From positions 60,627 through 124,626 of the forward strand of contig NZ_CAJURG010000004.1 of NCBI RefSeq assembly GCF_910588715.1: a DNA stretch of 64,000 nt. The letters run 5' to 3'. A program made the position numbers and the translations under genes. Every line of letters starts with the position of its first letter. Within the stretch, counting starts at the first letter, position 1. Below the pieces are notes generated by a model. It saw only the letters and a list, made by a program, of their open reading frames with translations, was not told the DNA's origin and did no database searches. Positions 1 to 9,269 of the stretch are shown here, in pieces. The DNA comes from an uncultured Clostridium sp. (GTDB lineage: Bacteria > Bacillota > Clostridia > Clostridiales > Clostridiaceae).

Positions 1-165
1 CCACAAAAAATTTTGTGACAGTAGTACATATATTTTATGTACTCCCAGTTATACAACCTTAAAGCATTAGTTGTATACTTCGGCGATTGCTCCTTTCTTA
101 TTGAATCACAGTGCTTTCCTCATCAATAATACTCTTAACTTTCGCGCCTCTATCCTAAGTTATTC
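1..165 (-). promoter_or_regulatory. Lysine riboswitch (L-box) aptamer; expression platform and regulated gene run off the left window edge
   Basis: Minus-strand read: GGATAGAGGCGCGAAAGTTAAGAGTA...GAGGAAAG...GGAGCAATCGCCGAAG...AACTGGGAG...ACTGTCAC. This matches the conserved L-box blocks (AGAGGCGC, AAGAGUA, GCCGAAG, CUGG, CUGUCA) as recalled from the B. subtilis lysC leader. A CACAAAA/TTTTGTG hairpin sits at the very edge. Confidence 0.8.
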
Positions 166-187
166 ACTTTTGTTATTTAATAACTTG

Positions 188-216
188 ATTATATAATCAA
201 CCAATAATATTTGCAA
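188..216 (-). promoter_or_regulatory. Sigma-A-type promoter driving the lysine riboswitch
   Basis: Minus strand TTGCAA (211-216), 17 nt spacer, TATAAT (188-193), about 25 nt upstream of the aptamer 5' end. Confidence 0.6.
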
Positions 217-234
217 TACCATTTTATAACTTTT

Positions 235-1491
235 TTAATTTTTAGCTTTTTTCATAAATGCTTCAATCTCATCTACAGTTTTTATTATATCACTTGATAA
301 ATTTATAGCTCCATCTTCTGTTACTAATATATCATCTTCTATTCTAATTCCTATACCTTCTTCTTTGATATATATTCCTGGTTCAACAGTAAATACAACA
401 CCAGGCTCAAAGGTTATATCTCTATGAGGAGTTTCAATATCATGAGTATCCATTCCCAAACTATGACCAATACTATGATAATAATATTTTTTAACATCCT
501 TTTTATCTTCTATAAGTCCTAGTTTTATACACTCATCAGCTATTAAATCAGTTGCCTTTTCATTTATATCTTTATATCTCATTCCTGGTTTAATTGATTT
601 AATAATTTCCTCATTTACTTTTAAAACCGAATTATAAACTTCTTTTTGTCTCACTGTAAACTTACCATTAACAGGAAAAGTTCTTGATATATCTGCGTTA
701 TAGCAATTATATTCTGCTCCTAAATCAAAAAGAATTAAATCATTATCTTTAAGTTCTGCATTATTATCAATGTAATGCAATGTTGTAGCATTTTTTCCTG
801 CTGCTGCTATAGTTGTAAAAGCTAAATCTGTAGCCCCCTTTAGTTTACAATTAAAATCAAAGTATGCTTCTAATTCATATTCTTTCATTCCTATACGTGC
901 TTCAGTCATTAACCTTTCAATACCGCTCTTTGTGATTTCTATGGCTTTTTTAATTTTCTCTACTTCTTCATCTGACTTTCTTAGTCTTAATTCTCCAATT
1001 TTTCTATAAATATTATTTACTCTAACTTGAGGATATTTAATAACTATTTCATTAGCAAATTTATGAGATATTTTTTCATTACCATTTAAACCAATTCTTT
1101 CTAAATCTAAATAAATATTTATTTCTTCCTTCATTGTAATCATTCCATGAATATCAGCATCAAATTGACTCTTAAATTTAACTTCATCTACTGCTGAAAC
1201 TTCAATTGCTTCTTCTTTTCTAATAGTCTTTCCATTCCATTTTTCAAGTTCTAAATTAATATCCTTTATATAAAGCTTAGATGACTTTACTCCATTAATT
1301 TTTGACATAACTAATATATGTTCTTCTTCTTTTATTCCTGTTAAATAATAAAAATTTCTATTTGGAGTAAAGGGATAATTTTGATCCCCAGTTTTTTGAA
1401 TGGCTTTTCCCGCAAATAAAATCACCATAGAATTATCTTTAATCTTATCTAAAAGATTATTTCTATTTATTTTATAAATATTTTTTATCAT
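235..1491 (-). CDS. M24B family Xaa-Pro aminopeptidase/dipeptidase
   Basis: 418 aa. C-terminal pita-bread metal-ligand motifs: DLGAEYNCYNADISRT, HSIGHSLGMDTHD, EPGIY, IRIEDD. Confidence 0.9.
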   Translation of the reverse strand: MIKNIYKINRNNLLDKIKDNSMVILFAGKAIQKTGDQNYPFTPNRNFYYLTGIKEEEHILVMSKINGVKSSKLYIKDINLELEKWNGKTIRKEEAIEVSAVDEVKFKSQFDADIHGMITMKEEINIYLDLERIGLNGNEKISHKFANEIVIKYPQVRVNNIYRKIGELRLRKSDEEVEKIKKAIEITKSGIERLMTEARIGMKEYELEAYFDFNCKLKGATDLAFTTIAAAGKNATTLHYIDNNAELKDNDLILFDLGAEYNCYNADISRTFPVNGKFTVRQKEVYNSVLKVNEEIIKSIKPGMRYKDINEKATDLIADECIKLGLIEDKKDVKKYYYHSIGHSLGMDTHDIETPHRDITFEPGVVFTVEPGIYIKEEGIGIRIEDDILVTEDGAINLSSDIIKTVDEIEAFMKKAKN

Positions 1492-1535
1492 TAGAATATC
1501 TCCTTTATATAAATATTTTATAATACTACTTTTTC

Positions 1536-1976
1536 CTATTCTGCAGCTAATAATTTAACATTTCTAACATAGGGTAAAGAATTTAGTTTTGCCGCTAAGT
1601 ACTTAACACTTTTTTCCATATTAGAAATATCAATTGTAACTGTAACATTAGCTGATAAATTTATTGGAATATCTTGATTTATAGTTAGTATATTTCCCTT
1701 ATAAAGTGCAATACAATCTAAAACTCTAGATAAAGCTCCTAGCTTATGAGTCATTAATAATATTAAAGTCACTTTTTTAGATTTCATATCTTGTGACATT
1801 AAAAATACATTATCCTTATATTTATAATATGTACTTCTGCTAATTCCAACTAATTTTATAGCTTCACTTATATCCTTGGCATTACCAAGTTCAATATTCT
1901 CTTTTACTTCAATTACTTTTTTAAATATATCCGGTAATGATTTTTCGTTTACAATATAAAATTTTTCTTCCCTCAT
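1536..1976 (-). CDS. pheB: ACT domain-containing protein (UPF0735/PheB-like)
   Basis: About 146 aa with an N-terminal HTH-like segment and a C-terminal ACT-like fold (LLMTHKLGALSRVLD...). Start moved to ATG 1976 (MREEKFYIV), preceded by GGTGGAG 8 nt upstream. Confidence 0.65.
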   Translation of the reverse strand: MREEKFYIVNEKSLPDIFKKVIEVKENIELGNAKDISEAIKLVGISRSTYYKYKDNVFLMSQDMKSKKVTLILLMTHKLGALSRVLDCIALYKGNILTINQDIPINLSANVTVTIDISNMEKSVKYLAAKLNSLPYVRNVKLLAAE

Positions 1977-2201
1977 AATAATTTCTCCACCCATTTATTT
2001 TTAGTAATATTATATCTCTAAATTTTTTATATTGCATTAAAAATTTTACATATTATCTCACTATAACCATATTAATACCTTAAATTAATTATAAAAAATG
2101 AAATATTAATTCATAAATAATGAATACTTAAAATAATAAAAATTTTTATTCATTAAATAATGACATTAATATTTCACTTTTTATTCTAATTAACTAAATA
2201 T

Positions 2202-2726
2202 CTATAATATCATAAGTTTTACCATAAGAATTGCCATAATAATTGCAGTCATATCTGCCATTATTGCAGCCCATACTGTATGACGTGTTTTTTTTATTTT
2301 AACTGCCCCAAAATATACAGTTACAGTATAAAATATAGTTTCTGTAGTTCCCATAATTACAGAAGATATTAATCCTATTGGAGTATCTGCACCATAATTT
2401 TTTAAAATATCCGTAAATATTCCCATTGCACCACTACCTGAAAGTGGCTTAATTAAAACTAAAGGAACAACTTCTTTAGGCAAATCAATTAAATTACAAA
2501 TTGGCGAAATAGCATTATTTAATATATCTAAAAGCTTAGCTTCTCTAAATATCTGTACAGCTATTATCATTGCTAAAAGGTAGGGAAAAATATTTAAACA
2601 CACCTTTAGTCCTTCCTTTGCCCCTTCTATAAACCAATCATATACTTTTCTTCCCTTTATCATTCCATAAGTTATAATAATTAAAACTATTATTGGAATA
2701 ATGCTCTTAGTTATATAGTTAAACAT
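2202..2726 (-). CDS. spmB: Spore maturation protein B (nucleoside-recognition domain membrane protein)
   Basis: 174 aa polytopic membrane protein directly downstream of the spmA-like gene. Typical spmAB pair arrangement and size. Confidence 0.8.
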   Translation of the reverse strand: MFNYITKSIIPIIVLIIITYGMIKGRKVYDWFIEGAKEGLKVCLNIFPYLLAMIIAVQIFREAKLLDILNNAISPICNLIDLPKEVVPLVLIKPLSGSGAMGIFTDILKNYGADTPIGLISSVIMGTTETIFYTVTVYFGAVKIKKTRHTVWAAIMADMTAIIMAILMVKLMIL

Positions 2727-2742
2727 TTATTCACCTCCCACC

Positions 2743-3318
2743 TTAAAAATATCTTTGTAAAATTTTACAACAAATTACACCAACAATTGCTGCTATACCT
2801 GTAGATATTATGGCAGGAAGTATTATCACCCCTGGATTTGAAGAACCTGCTGCTGCTCTTATAGATAATACAGTTGATGGAACTAACTGAATACAAGCAG
2901 CATTTAAAACTAAAAATAATGCCATATCATTACTTGCTGTTCCTTTTTCCGAATTTAATCTATCCATTTCTTCCATAGCTTTAATTCCAAAAGGAGTCGC
3001 AGCATTTCCAAGCCCCATCATATTTGCTGTTATGTTCATAACTATAGCTCCTAATGCTTTTTCATCTTTAGCTGCATCTTTAAATATAAGCTTTAATATA
3101 GGTTTCATAAGTTTTGCTAATTTTTCAGTAAATCCACTATTTTGTGCAACCTTCATAACTCCACACCAAAAACACATTAATCCAACAAGTCCTATAATAA
3201 AAGTAACTGTAGTATCAATAGAACTTATTATTGAATTAGAAATTCCCTCACCGTTTCCTGTAAATATCCCAACTAATAACCCCAAAAAAATCATTATAAA
3301 CCATATATAGTTAATCAT
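2743..3318 (-). CDS. spmA: Spore maturation protein A
   Basis: 191 aa membrane protein starting MINYIWFIMIF..., with a nucleoside-recognition (Gate) type sequence, paired with spmB. Confidence 0.8.
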   Translation of the reverse strand: MINYIWFIMIFLGLLVGIFTGNGEGISNSIISSIDTTVTFIIGLVGLMCFWCGVMKVAQNSGFTEKLAKLMKPILKLIFKDAAKDEKALGAIVMNITANMMGLGNAATPFGIKAMEEMDRLNSEKGTASNDMALFLVLNAACIQLVPSTVLSIRAAAGSSNPGVIILPAIISTGIAAIVGVICCKILQRYF

Positions 3319-3525
3319 TTTTTACTTCCTCCTACTTATTTTTTCTTTACAATATATGCCTTGCAACACCTATTTATTAGTGATAGGATAAAGATATAAA
3401 CATAAGTTTAACTTAAAAATTGCAAGTATTAATTTAATAATCTTTTATTAAATTAATATATATTTTTATTATTTATAAAAAAGTATTTTTAAACCTTTTA
3501 TTTACATAACAAAGGAGATACGCCC

Positions 3526-3711
3526 ATGAAAGAATCAAATTTAAAATTAGCTCAAATGGATATTGATGACGCATTAAAAGCTGTAGAAGAAATGGAAAAT
3601 TGCATTAGTGAAGGAAATGAAACAAACACTATAATAAAAGAAAAGTTTATTACTCTAACAGAAAAAGTACAAAAACTAGAAAACTTATTAAAAACTGAAG
3701 GAATAATTTAA
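3526..3711 (+). CDS. Small acidic coiled-coil protein, function unknown
   Basis: 61 aa ORF with AAGGAG RBS (3511-3517) and an intrinsic terminator directly downstream. Confidence 0.6.
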   Translation: MKESNLKLAQMDIDDALKAVEEMENCISEGNETNTIIKEKFITLTEKVQKLENLLKTEGII

Positions 3712-3722
3712 TAAATAGAAAA

Positions 3723-3755
3723 AAGAGGATAGTTAAAACTACCCTCTTTTATTCT
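3723..3755 (+). terminator. Rho-independent terminator
   Basis: AGAGGATAGT-taaa-ACTACCCTCT hairpin followed by TTTTATT. Confidence 0.75.
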
Positions 3756-4000
3756 AAATACCAAAATAGCAATTATTTTACTCTATAAATTTGATAACTT
3801 TTATTACACCATAATTCTCGAATCCCATTATAAAATTATCTATACCTAATTGACTGTGTACCCTATTTAAAAATAACTGCTTTTAGTAAACGTTATCAAA
3901 TTAATACTATTATATCATTTTTTTCCTATTACTTCAACAAAATTTTATAAAAAATTAACTATCTTTAATTTTTATACTAAAATTAAAGATAGTTAATAAG

Positions 4001-4999
4001 TTATTTAGAACTTTCTCTTTTTATTAATTTATAATCTAATACATATTGATCTTGTTCTAAAGGCTTATTGTTTAATATTTTAATAAGCATTCTCATAGCA
4101 ACTGATCCCATATCATAACTTGGTTGTTTAACTGTAGTTATCTTAGGATAAAAATATGATGCAACAGCATTATCATTAAAGCCCACTACACTTACATCTT
4201 CTGGAACATTTATTCCATTTTCTCTTAATGCATTAATTACACCCATAGCAATTTCATCAGATGAACATATTACACCATCAAACTTTTTACCAGTAGCTAA
4301 GAATTTCTCAACAGCCTTATATCCACTATTGACCTTCAAATCTTTAAGGAACTCCAAATCTTCATCAATAGAAAGACCATTTTCCTCTAATGCCTTTTCA
4401 TATCCCTTATGTCTTTCTCCCCAAGCATTAGCAGCATCCTTACTTACTCCAACAAAGGCAATATTTTTTAATCCATTATCAATTAAACTCTTTGTGGCTT
4501 CATATGATGCTTGTATATTATCTATAATTACACTTGGTAATTTTCCTTCTTTATCTTTAGATTCTGCAAGAACAGTTTTTAAATCTAATTCATTTATTAT
4601 ATCTAAAGTTTCTTCTTCTAAACAAGAACTCATATATATAACACCATCAACCATTTTTTCTTTAAGAACTCTTAAATAATCTTTTTCTTTGTCATAGTCA
4701 AAATCAGAATTACATAATATTACATTATAATCATAAATATTGGCAACATCCTCTGCTCCTCTAACTATTTCTGGATAAAATCCACTTGAAATATCAGGAA
4801 CTAGTATTCCAACAGTTTTTGTTCTTTGTGTCTTTAAACTTCTTGCAACAATATTCGGTCTATATCCAAGCTTTTTAATAGCATCTAATACCTTCTTTTT
4901 AGTATCCTCATTAACAACATCTATATCATTTAATACTCTAGATACCGTAGCTATTGAAACGCCTGCTTCTCTAGCAACATCTTTTATAGAAGTAGCCAT
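4001..4999 (-). CDS. LacI family transcriptional regulator (CcpA-like)
   Basis: 332 aa. N-terminal HTH is IKDVAREAGVSIATVSRVLN, followed by a periplasmic-binding-protein-like sugar-binding core. Confidence 0.9.
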   Translation of the reverse strand: MATSIKDVAREAGVSIATVSRVLNDIDVVNEDTKKKVLDAIKKLGYRPNIVARSLKTQRTKTVGILVPDISSGFYPEIVRGAEDVANIYDYNVILCNSDFDYDKEKDYLRVLKEKMVDGVIYMSSCLEEETLDIINELDLKTVLAESKDKEGKLPSVIIDNIQASYEATKSLIDNGLKNIAFVGVSKDAANAWGERHKGYEKALEENGLSIDEDLEFLKDLKVNSGYKAVEKFLATGKKFDGVICSSDEIAMGVINALRENGINVPEDVSVVGFNDNAVASYFYPKITTVKQPSYDMGSVAMRMLIKILNNKPLEQDQYVLDYKLIKRESSK

Positions 5000-5170
5000 A
5001 TCAACATCACTCCATTTTCATTTTAATTATTAATTATACCTTTTTTTTAAAATCAATACAACGAATTTGATTATTTTTTACATTTTTTCAATAAATAGTT
5101 GAAACTATTTATTAGTAATAAAAAAATTATGTAATTTAATACTATTATTTAATTATGATATTATTGTTTG

Positions 5171-5208
5171 AAAAAAGGATAGGAATTATTACTTAATCCC
5201 TACCCTTT
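5171..5208 (-). terminator. Rho-independent terminator of ileS
   Basis: Minus strand AGGGTAGGGATT-loop-AATTCCTATCCT (two G.U pairs) followed by TTTTTT, 15 nt after the ileS stop. Confidence 0.7.
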
Positions 5209-5223
5209 GTAACAAAGCTAAAA

Positions 5224-8200
5224 CTATCTAATCACTTCTACAGTCATATTTAACTTTTCACCATTTATAACTGTTTCTGAATAATCAGCTTCTTGATTGT
5301 AAACTATTTCTTGAGTTAAGGTTTCCTTCTTAATAACTTCATTAAACTTTTTAATTACATCTAATAACATTTCGTTATCTGATACATATAATTTAATTTT
5401 ATCTGCAACCTCAAACCCTTTATCTTTTCTCATATTTTGAATCTTAGAAATTATTTCTCTTAAATGACCTTCTTCTTTAAGTTCTTCTGAAATATGAGTA
5501 TCTAAAACAACACCAATTGAACCTTCACCAGCAAATGCATAACCCTCTAGCCCTTGCATAGTAACTAATAAGTTTTCCTTATTTAATTCAATTTCTGTTC
5601 CGTTAACATTAATAACAACAACTCCACCATTTTGAATAGTTTGAGCTAATTCCATTTGATTTTTTGTTGCTATTTCTTTTCTTATTCCAGGTATTAGCTT
5701 ACCATATGCTTTTCCTAGTACTGGCAGATTTGGCTTAATTTCAAAGTTAACATGAGTAGAAAGGTCAGCACCAAATTCAACAGCTTTTATATTTAACTCA
5801 TCTGTTATTATTTCTCCGTAATATTCTGGAAGTGAATCTGTAGAAACTAACATTTTAGAAAGTGGCTGTCTATTTTTAATATTAGCACCATTTCTTGCAC
5901 TTCTTCCAAGCTTAACTATTGTATAAGCTAAATCCATTTCCTTTTCTAAGTTTTTATCTATAGCACTTTCATCAACTTCTGGCCAACTACATAAGTGAAT
6001 GCTTTCTGGTGCATTTTCATCTAATCCAACCACTAAGTTTTGATAAATATTTTCTGTAATAAATGGAACAAATGGAGCTGCTACTTTAATTAAAGTAGTT
6101 AATACTTTATATAAAGTTACATAAGCACCTATTTTATCATCTGTTAATTCCTCAGACCAATATCTACCTCTATTTCTTCTTACATACCAGTTTGATAATT
6201 CATCAGTAAAACTTTCTATAGCTAATGCAGCTTGAGTTATTTGGTATGAATCAAGCATAGAATCAATATCTTTAACTAGTGTATTAAGCTTTGACATAAT
6301 CCATTTATCCATTACGTTTTCTGATACAAATTCACCATACTTTAATGGATTAAATTGATCTAATTCAGCATATAAAACATAGAATGAATAAACATTCCAT
6401 AATGTTCCCATGAATTTTCTTCCTGCTTCTCCAACATCATCTATAGAGAATCTTGTTGGTAACCAAGGAGCACTGGCAGTATAGAAATGCCATCTAGTAG
6501 CATCTGCACCTTGTGCATCTAATACTTTAAATGGATCTACAACATTACCCTTAGATTTTGACATCTTTAAACCTTTTTTATCAAGAACATGCCCTAAAAC
6601 TATACAGTTTTCAAACGGATTTCTATCAAATATAGCAGTTGAAATTGCAAGTAAAGTATAGAACCATCCTCTTGTTTGGTCAACAGCTTCTGATATAAAT
6701 TGAGCTGGGTAATTTTGATCAAATAATTCTTTATTTTCAAATGGATAATGTAATTGTGCAAACGGCATTGAACCTGAATCAAACCAACAGTCAATTACTT
6801 CATTAGTTCTAGTCATTTCTTTTCCACACTTTTCACATTTTAAGTGTACATTATCTATATATGGTTTGTGTAATTCTATATCATCCGGAACATTAATTCC
6901 CTTTTCTTTAAGTTCTGCAATGCTTCCTATACATTCTTTGTGTCCGCATTCACATCCCCAAATTGGAAGTGGAGTTCCCCAATATCTATCTCTTGAAATA
7001 CCCCAATCAATAACATTTTCTAAGAACTTACCAAATCTACCTGTTCTTATATTATCTGGATACCAATTAATTTTATTATTATTTTCTAAAAGCTTATCTC
7101 TTAATGTTGTCATTGCAACAAACCAGCTTTCTTTTGGATAATAAAGAAGTGGAGTGTCACATCTCCAACAATGTGGATATGAGTGTAAATGCTTTTCAGA
7201 TTTAAACAACTTATTGTTTTCTTCTAACCATTTACAAATACCTTCATCACATTTTTTAACGAACTTTCCAGCCCAAGGAGTAACATCTTCTACAAATCTA
7301 CCTTCTCTATCAACTAAGTTAATGAAAGTAATTCCATTAGCTTTTGCTACTAAACTATCGTCTTCACCATATGCAGGTGCTATATGAACTATACCTGTAC
7401 CGTCTGATAAAGTAACGTAATCACCATGAATTACTTCAAAAGCTTTTCCCTCTACTTTACCAAAAGGCATTAATTGTTCATATTTAGTTCCTAAAAGTTC
7501 AGCTCCAGAGAATTCTCTAACTATTTCGTAATCTTCTCCTAAAACCTTATCTGCTAAATCTTTAGCTAATATTAATATTTCATCTCCAACTTTTGCTTCT
7601 ATATAAGTATAAGCTTTGTTTATACATAAAGCTAAGTTTGAAGGTAATGTCCAAGGAGTTGTTGTCCAAGCTAATATGTACTTGTTATCTTCCCCTTCAA
7701 CTTTAAATTTAGCAATACAAGTTAAATCTTTAACATCTTTATATCCTTGTGCAACTTCGTGAGATGATAATGCTGTTCCACATCTTGGGCAATATGGCAT
7801 TACCTTGTGACCTTCATATAAAAGTCCTTTATCCCACATTTGTTTTAATGCCCACCAAACTGATTCAATATATGGATTATGATAAGTTACATATGGATTT
7901 TCCATATTAACCCAATAACCAATTTGATTAGTCATCTTTTCCCACATACTTACGTAAGTAAATACGCTATCCTTACATTCCTTAACGAATTTTTCTACGC
8001 CATATTCTTCGATTTGTTCTTTACCTGAAATTCCAAGCTTCTTTTCTATTTCAAGTTCTACAGGAAGACCATGAGTATCCCATCCTGCCTTTCTTATAAC
8101 TTTATACCCCTTCATAACCTTGTATCTTGGGATAATATCCTTCATAACTCTTGTTAATACGTGTCCAACGTGTGGCTTACCATTTGCTGTTGGAGGTCCA

Positions 8201-8334
8201 TCATAGAAAGTGAAATATTCACCATCTTGATTCATATCAAAATTCTTTTTTATAACATTTCTTGCAGTCCAAAGATTTGCTACTTCTTTTTCAAGACCAA
8301 CAAAACCATTTGGTAGTTCTACTTTTTTGTACAT
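5224..8334 (-). CDS. ileS: Isoleucine--tRNA ligase (long, about 1036 aa form)
   Basis: HIGH motif as [13 protein letters not shown] motif present, CP1 editing region, Zn-type CxxC pairs (CPRCGT, CWRCDT). Confidence 0.97.
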   Translation of the reverse strand: MYKKVELPNGFVGLEKEVANLWTARNVIKKNFDMNQDGEYFTFYDGPPTANGKPHVGHVLTRVMKDIIPRYKVMKGYKVIRKAGWDTHGLPVELEIEKKLGISGKEQIEEYGVEKFVKECKDSVFTYVSMWEKMTNQIGYWVNMENPYVTYHNPYIESVWWALKQMWDKGLLYEGHKVMPYCPRCGTALSSHEVAQGYKDVKDLTCIAKFKVEGEDNKYILAWTTTPWTLPSNLALCINKAYTYIEAKVGDEILILAKDLADKVLGEDYEIVREFSGAELLGTKYEQLMPFGKVEGKAFEVIHGDYVTLSDGTGIVHIAPAYGEDDSLVAKANGITFINLVDREGRFVEDVTPWAGKFVKKCDEGICKWLEENNKLFKSEKHLHSYPHCWRCDTPLLYYPKESWFVAMTTLRDKLLENNNKINWYPDNIRTGRFGKFLENVIDWGISRDRYWGTPLPIWGCECGHKECIGSIAELKEKGINVPDDIELHKPYIDNVHLKCEKCGKEMTRTNEVIDCWFDSGSMPFAQLHYPFENKELFDQNYPAQFISEAVDQTRGWFYTLLAISTAIFDRNPFENCIVLGHVLDKKGLKMSKSKGNVVDPFKVLDAQGADATRWHFYTASAPWLPTRFSIDDVGEAGRKFMGTLWNVYSFYVLYAELDQFNPLKYGEFVSENVMDKWIMSKLNTLVKDIDSMLDSYQITQAALAIESFTDELSNWYVRRNRGRYWSEELTDDKIGAYVTLYKVLTTLIKVAAPFVPFITENIYQNLVVGLDENAPESIHLCSWPEVDESAIDKNLEKEMDLAYTIVKLGRSARNGANIKNRQPLSKMLVSTDSLPEYYGEIITDELNIKAVEFGADLSTHVNFEIKPNLPVLGKAYGKLIPGIRKEIATKNQMELAQTIQNGGVVVINVNGTEIELNKENLLVTMQGLEGYAFAGEGSIGVVLDTHISEELKEEGHLREIISKIQNMRKDKGFEVADKIKLYVSDNEMLLDVIKKFNEVIKKETLTQEIVYNQEADYSETVINGEKLNMTVEVIR

Positions 8335-8407
8335 AAGAATTCTCCTTTCTTTACAACTATTAATTATTAAAATTATTCTCTTAAAGACATATTTTAATCA
8401 TTTATTT

Positions 8408-8665
8408 TAAAATAAAAAAAACTTCATCCCAAAAGGACGAAGTGAATTCGCTATACCACCTAAGGTTAATAAACTTATAATATTCTATAAGCTCTAAATT
8501 CAGATACTTTCATATCCTATCCCTTAACGCGGGATAACGTGATAGCTTAATTGTAAAAACTTTCAGCCTCAAACTCCTAGGTGATTTTCCTTAAGTTATC
8601 TTATGATTTTACACCAACCAATCACTCTCTTAAAAGAATAAACTAAAGTACTTATCCTAATCATA
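8408..8665 (-). promoter_or_regulatory. T-box leader (Ile specifier) with terminator/antiterminator
   Basis: Minus strand shows the stem I AGAGAG and GGTTGGTG elements, a candidate specifier AUC followed by A (..GCTATCACG..), the T-box sequence GGTGGTATAGCG, then the terminator CTTCGTCC-tttt-GGGATGAAG plus a T-run. Confidence 0.8.
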
Positions 8666-8680
8666 GTCTTTAATGAAATT

Positions 8681-8710
8681 ATTATATATTAAACAATTGT
8701 AATTTGTCAA
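8681..8710 (-). promoter_or_regulatory. Sigma-A-type promoter of the ileS T-box leader
   Basis: Minus strand TTGACA (8705-8710), 18 nt spacer, TATAAT (8681-8686). Confidence 0.6.
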
Positions 8711-8902
8711 TTGAACCTAAAATTTCATATTTATTTTTTACCTTTATATAAATAATTGTAATCAATTAATAATTGTTCTTATTTAATGTTGACTATTTTG
8801 ATATACTATGATTTAATATAGTTGTTGAAACGTATTACGCAAAATTTAATTAATAATTAATTTTTGTATTTCCTAATATCTTTGTATTTTGGAGGATTCG
8901 TT

Positions 8903-9115
8903 ATGGAAAATAACTTAAATGCTGATATCCTTGATAAAATTACAAAAGTCTGCACTTGTAAATCTATCTCTAGAGCTAAGATTAAAGAAACTATTAAAAA
9001 TGGTGCCCATACCGTTGAGGAAGTTTCTAAAATAACTGGTGCATGCACTGGAAGCTGTCATGGGTTTAGATGCAAATCAAAGATTCAGAGTTTAATCGAA
9101 GATTATTCAAAATAA
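8903..9115 (+). CDS. BFD-like (2Fe-2S)-binding domain protein
   Basis: 70 aa from ATG 8903 (GGAGGA RBS at 8891-8896; the tracked 8864 start is a TTG without RBS). Cys pattern CTC...(35 aa)...CTGSC...C is typical of BFD-like [2Fe-2S] domains. Confidence 0.7.
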   Translation: MENNLNADILDKITKVCTCKSISRAKIKETIKNGAHTVEEVSKITGACTGSCHGFRCKSKIQSLIEDYSK

Positions 9116-9151
9116 TACAACTCCAAAACTCCCCTATAAGTTTAACGATTT

Positions 9152-9182
9152 AAACCACTTACAATTGTAAGTGGTTTTTTAT
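9152..9182. terminator. Palindromic (potentially bidirectional) terminator
   Basis: AAACCACTTACA-at-TGTAAGTGGTTT followed by TTTTTT on the plus strand. It lies between convergent genes. Confidence 0.75.
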
Positions 9183-9269
9183 TTATATATTATTAAATTA
9201 TATTTTTAAATGCAATAGTTGTAGTTAAATCTAAAATAATATTGTTGTAAATTGTTAAAATATCTCTAA

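Noticed and set aside
8857-9048. 63-aa minus-strand ORF opposite the BFD-like gene, and the TTG 8864 start of the plus-strand ORF
   Set aside because: The plus-strand ATG 8903 has a GGAGGA RBS and yields a complete BFD-like Cys pattern. The antisense ORF has no RBS or motif. The 13 extra N-terminal codons from TTG 8864 are hydrophobic junk without an RBS.
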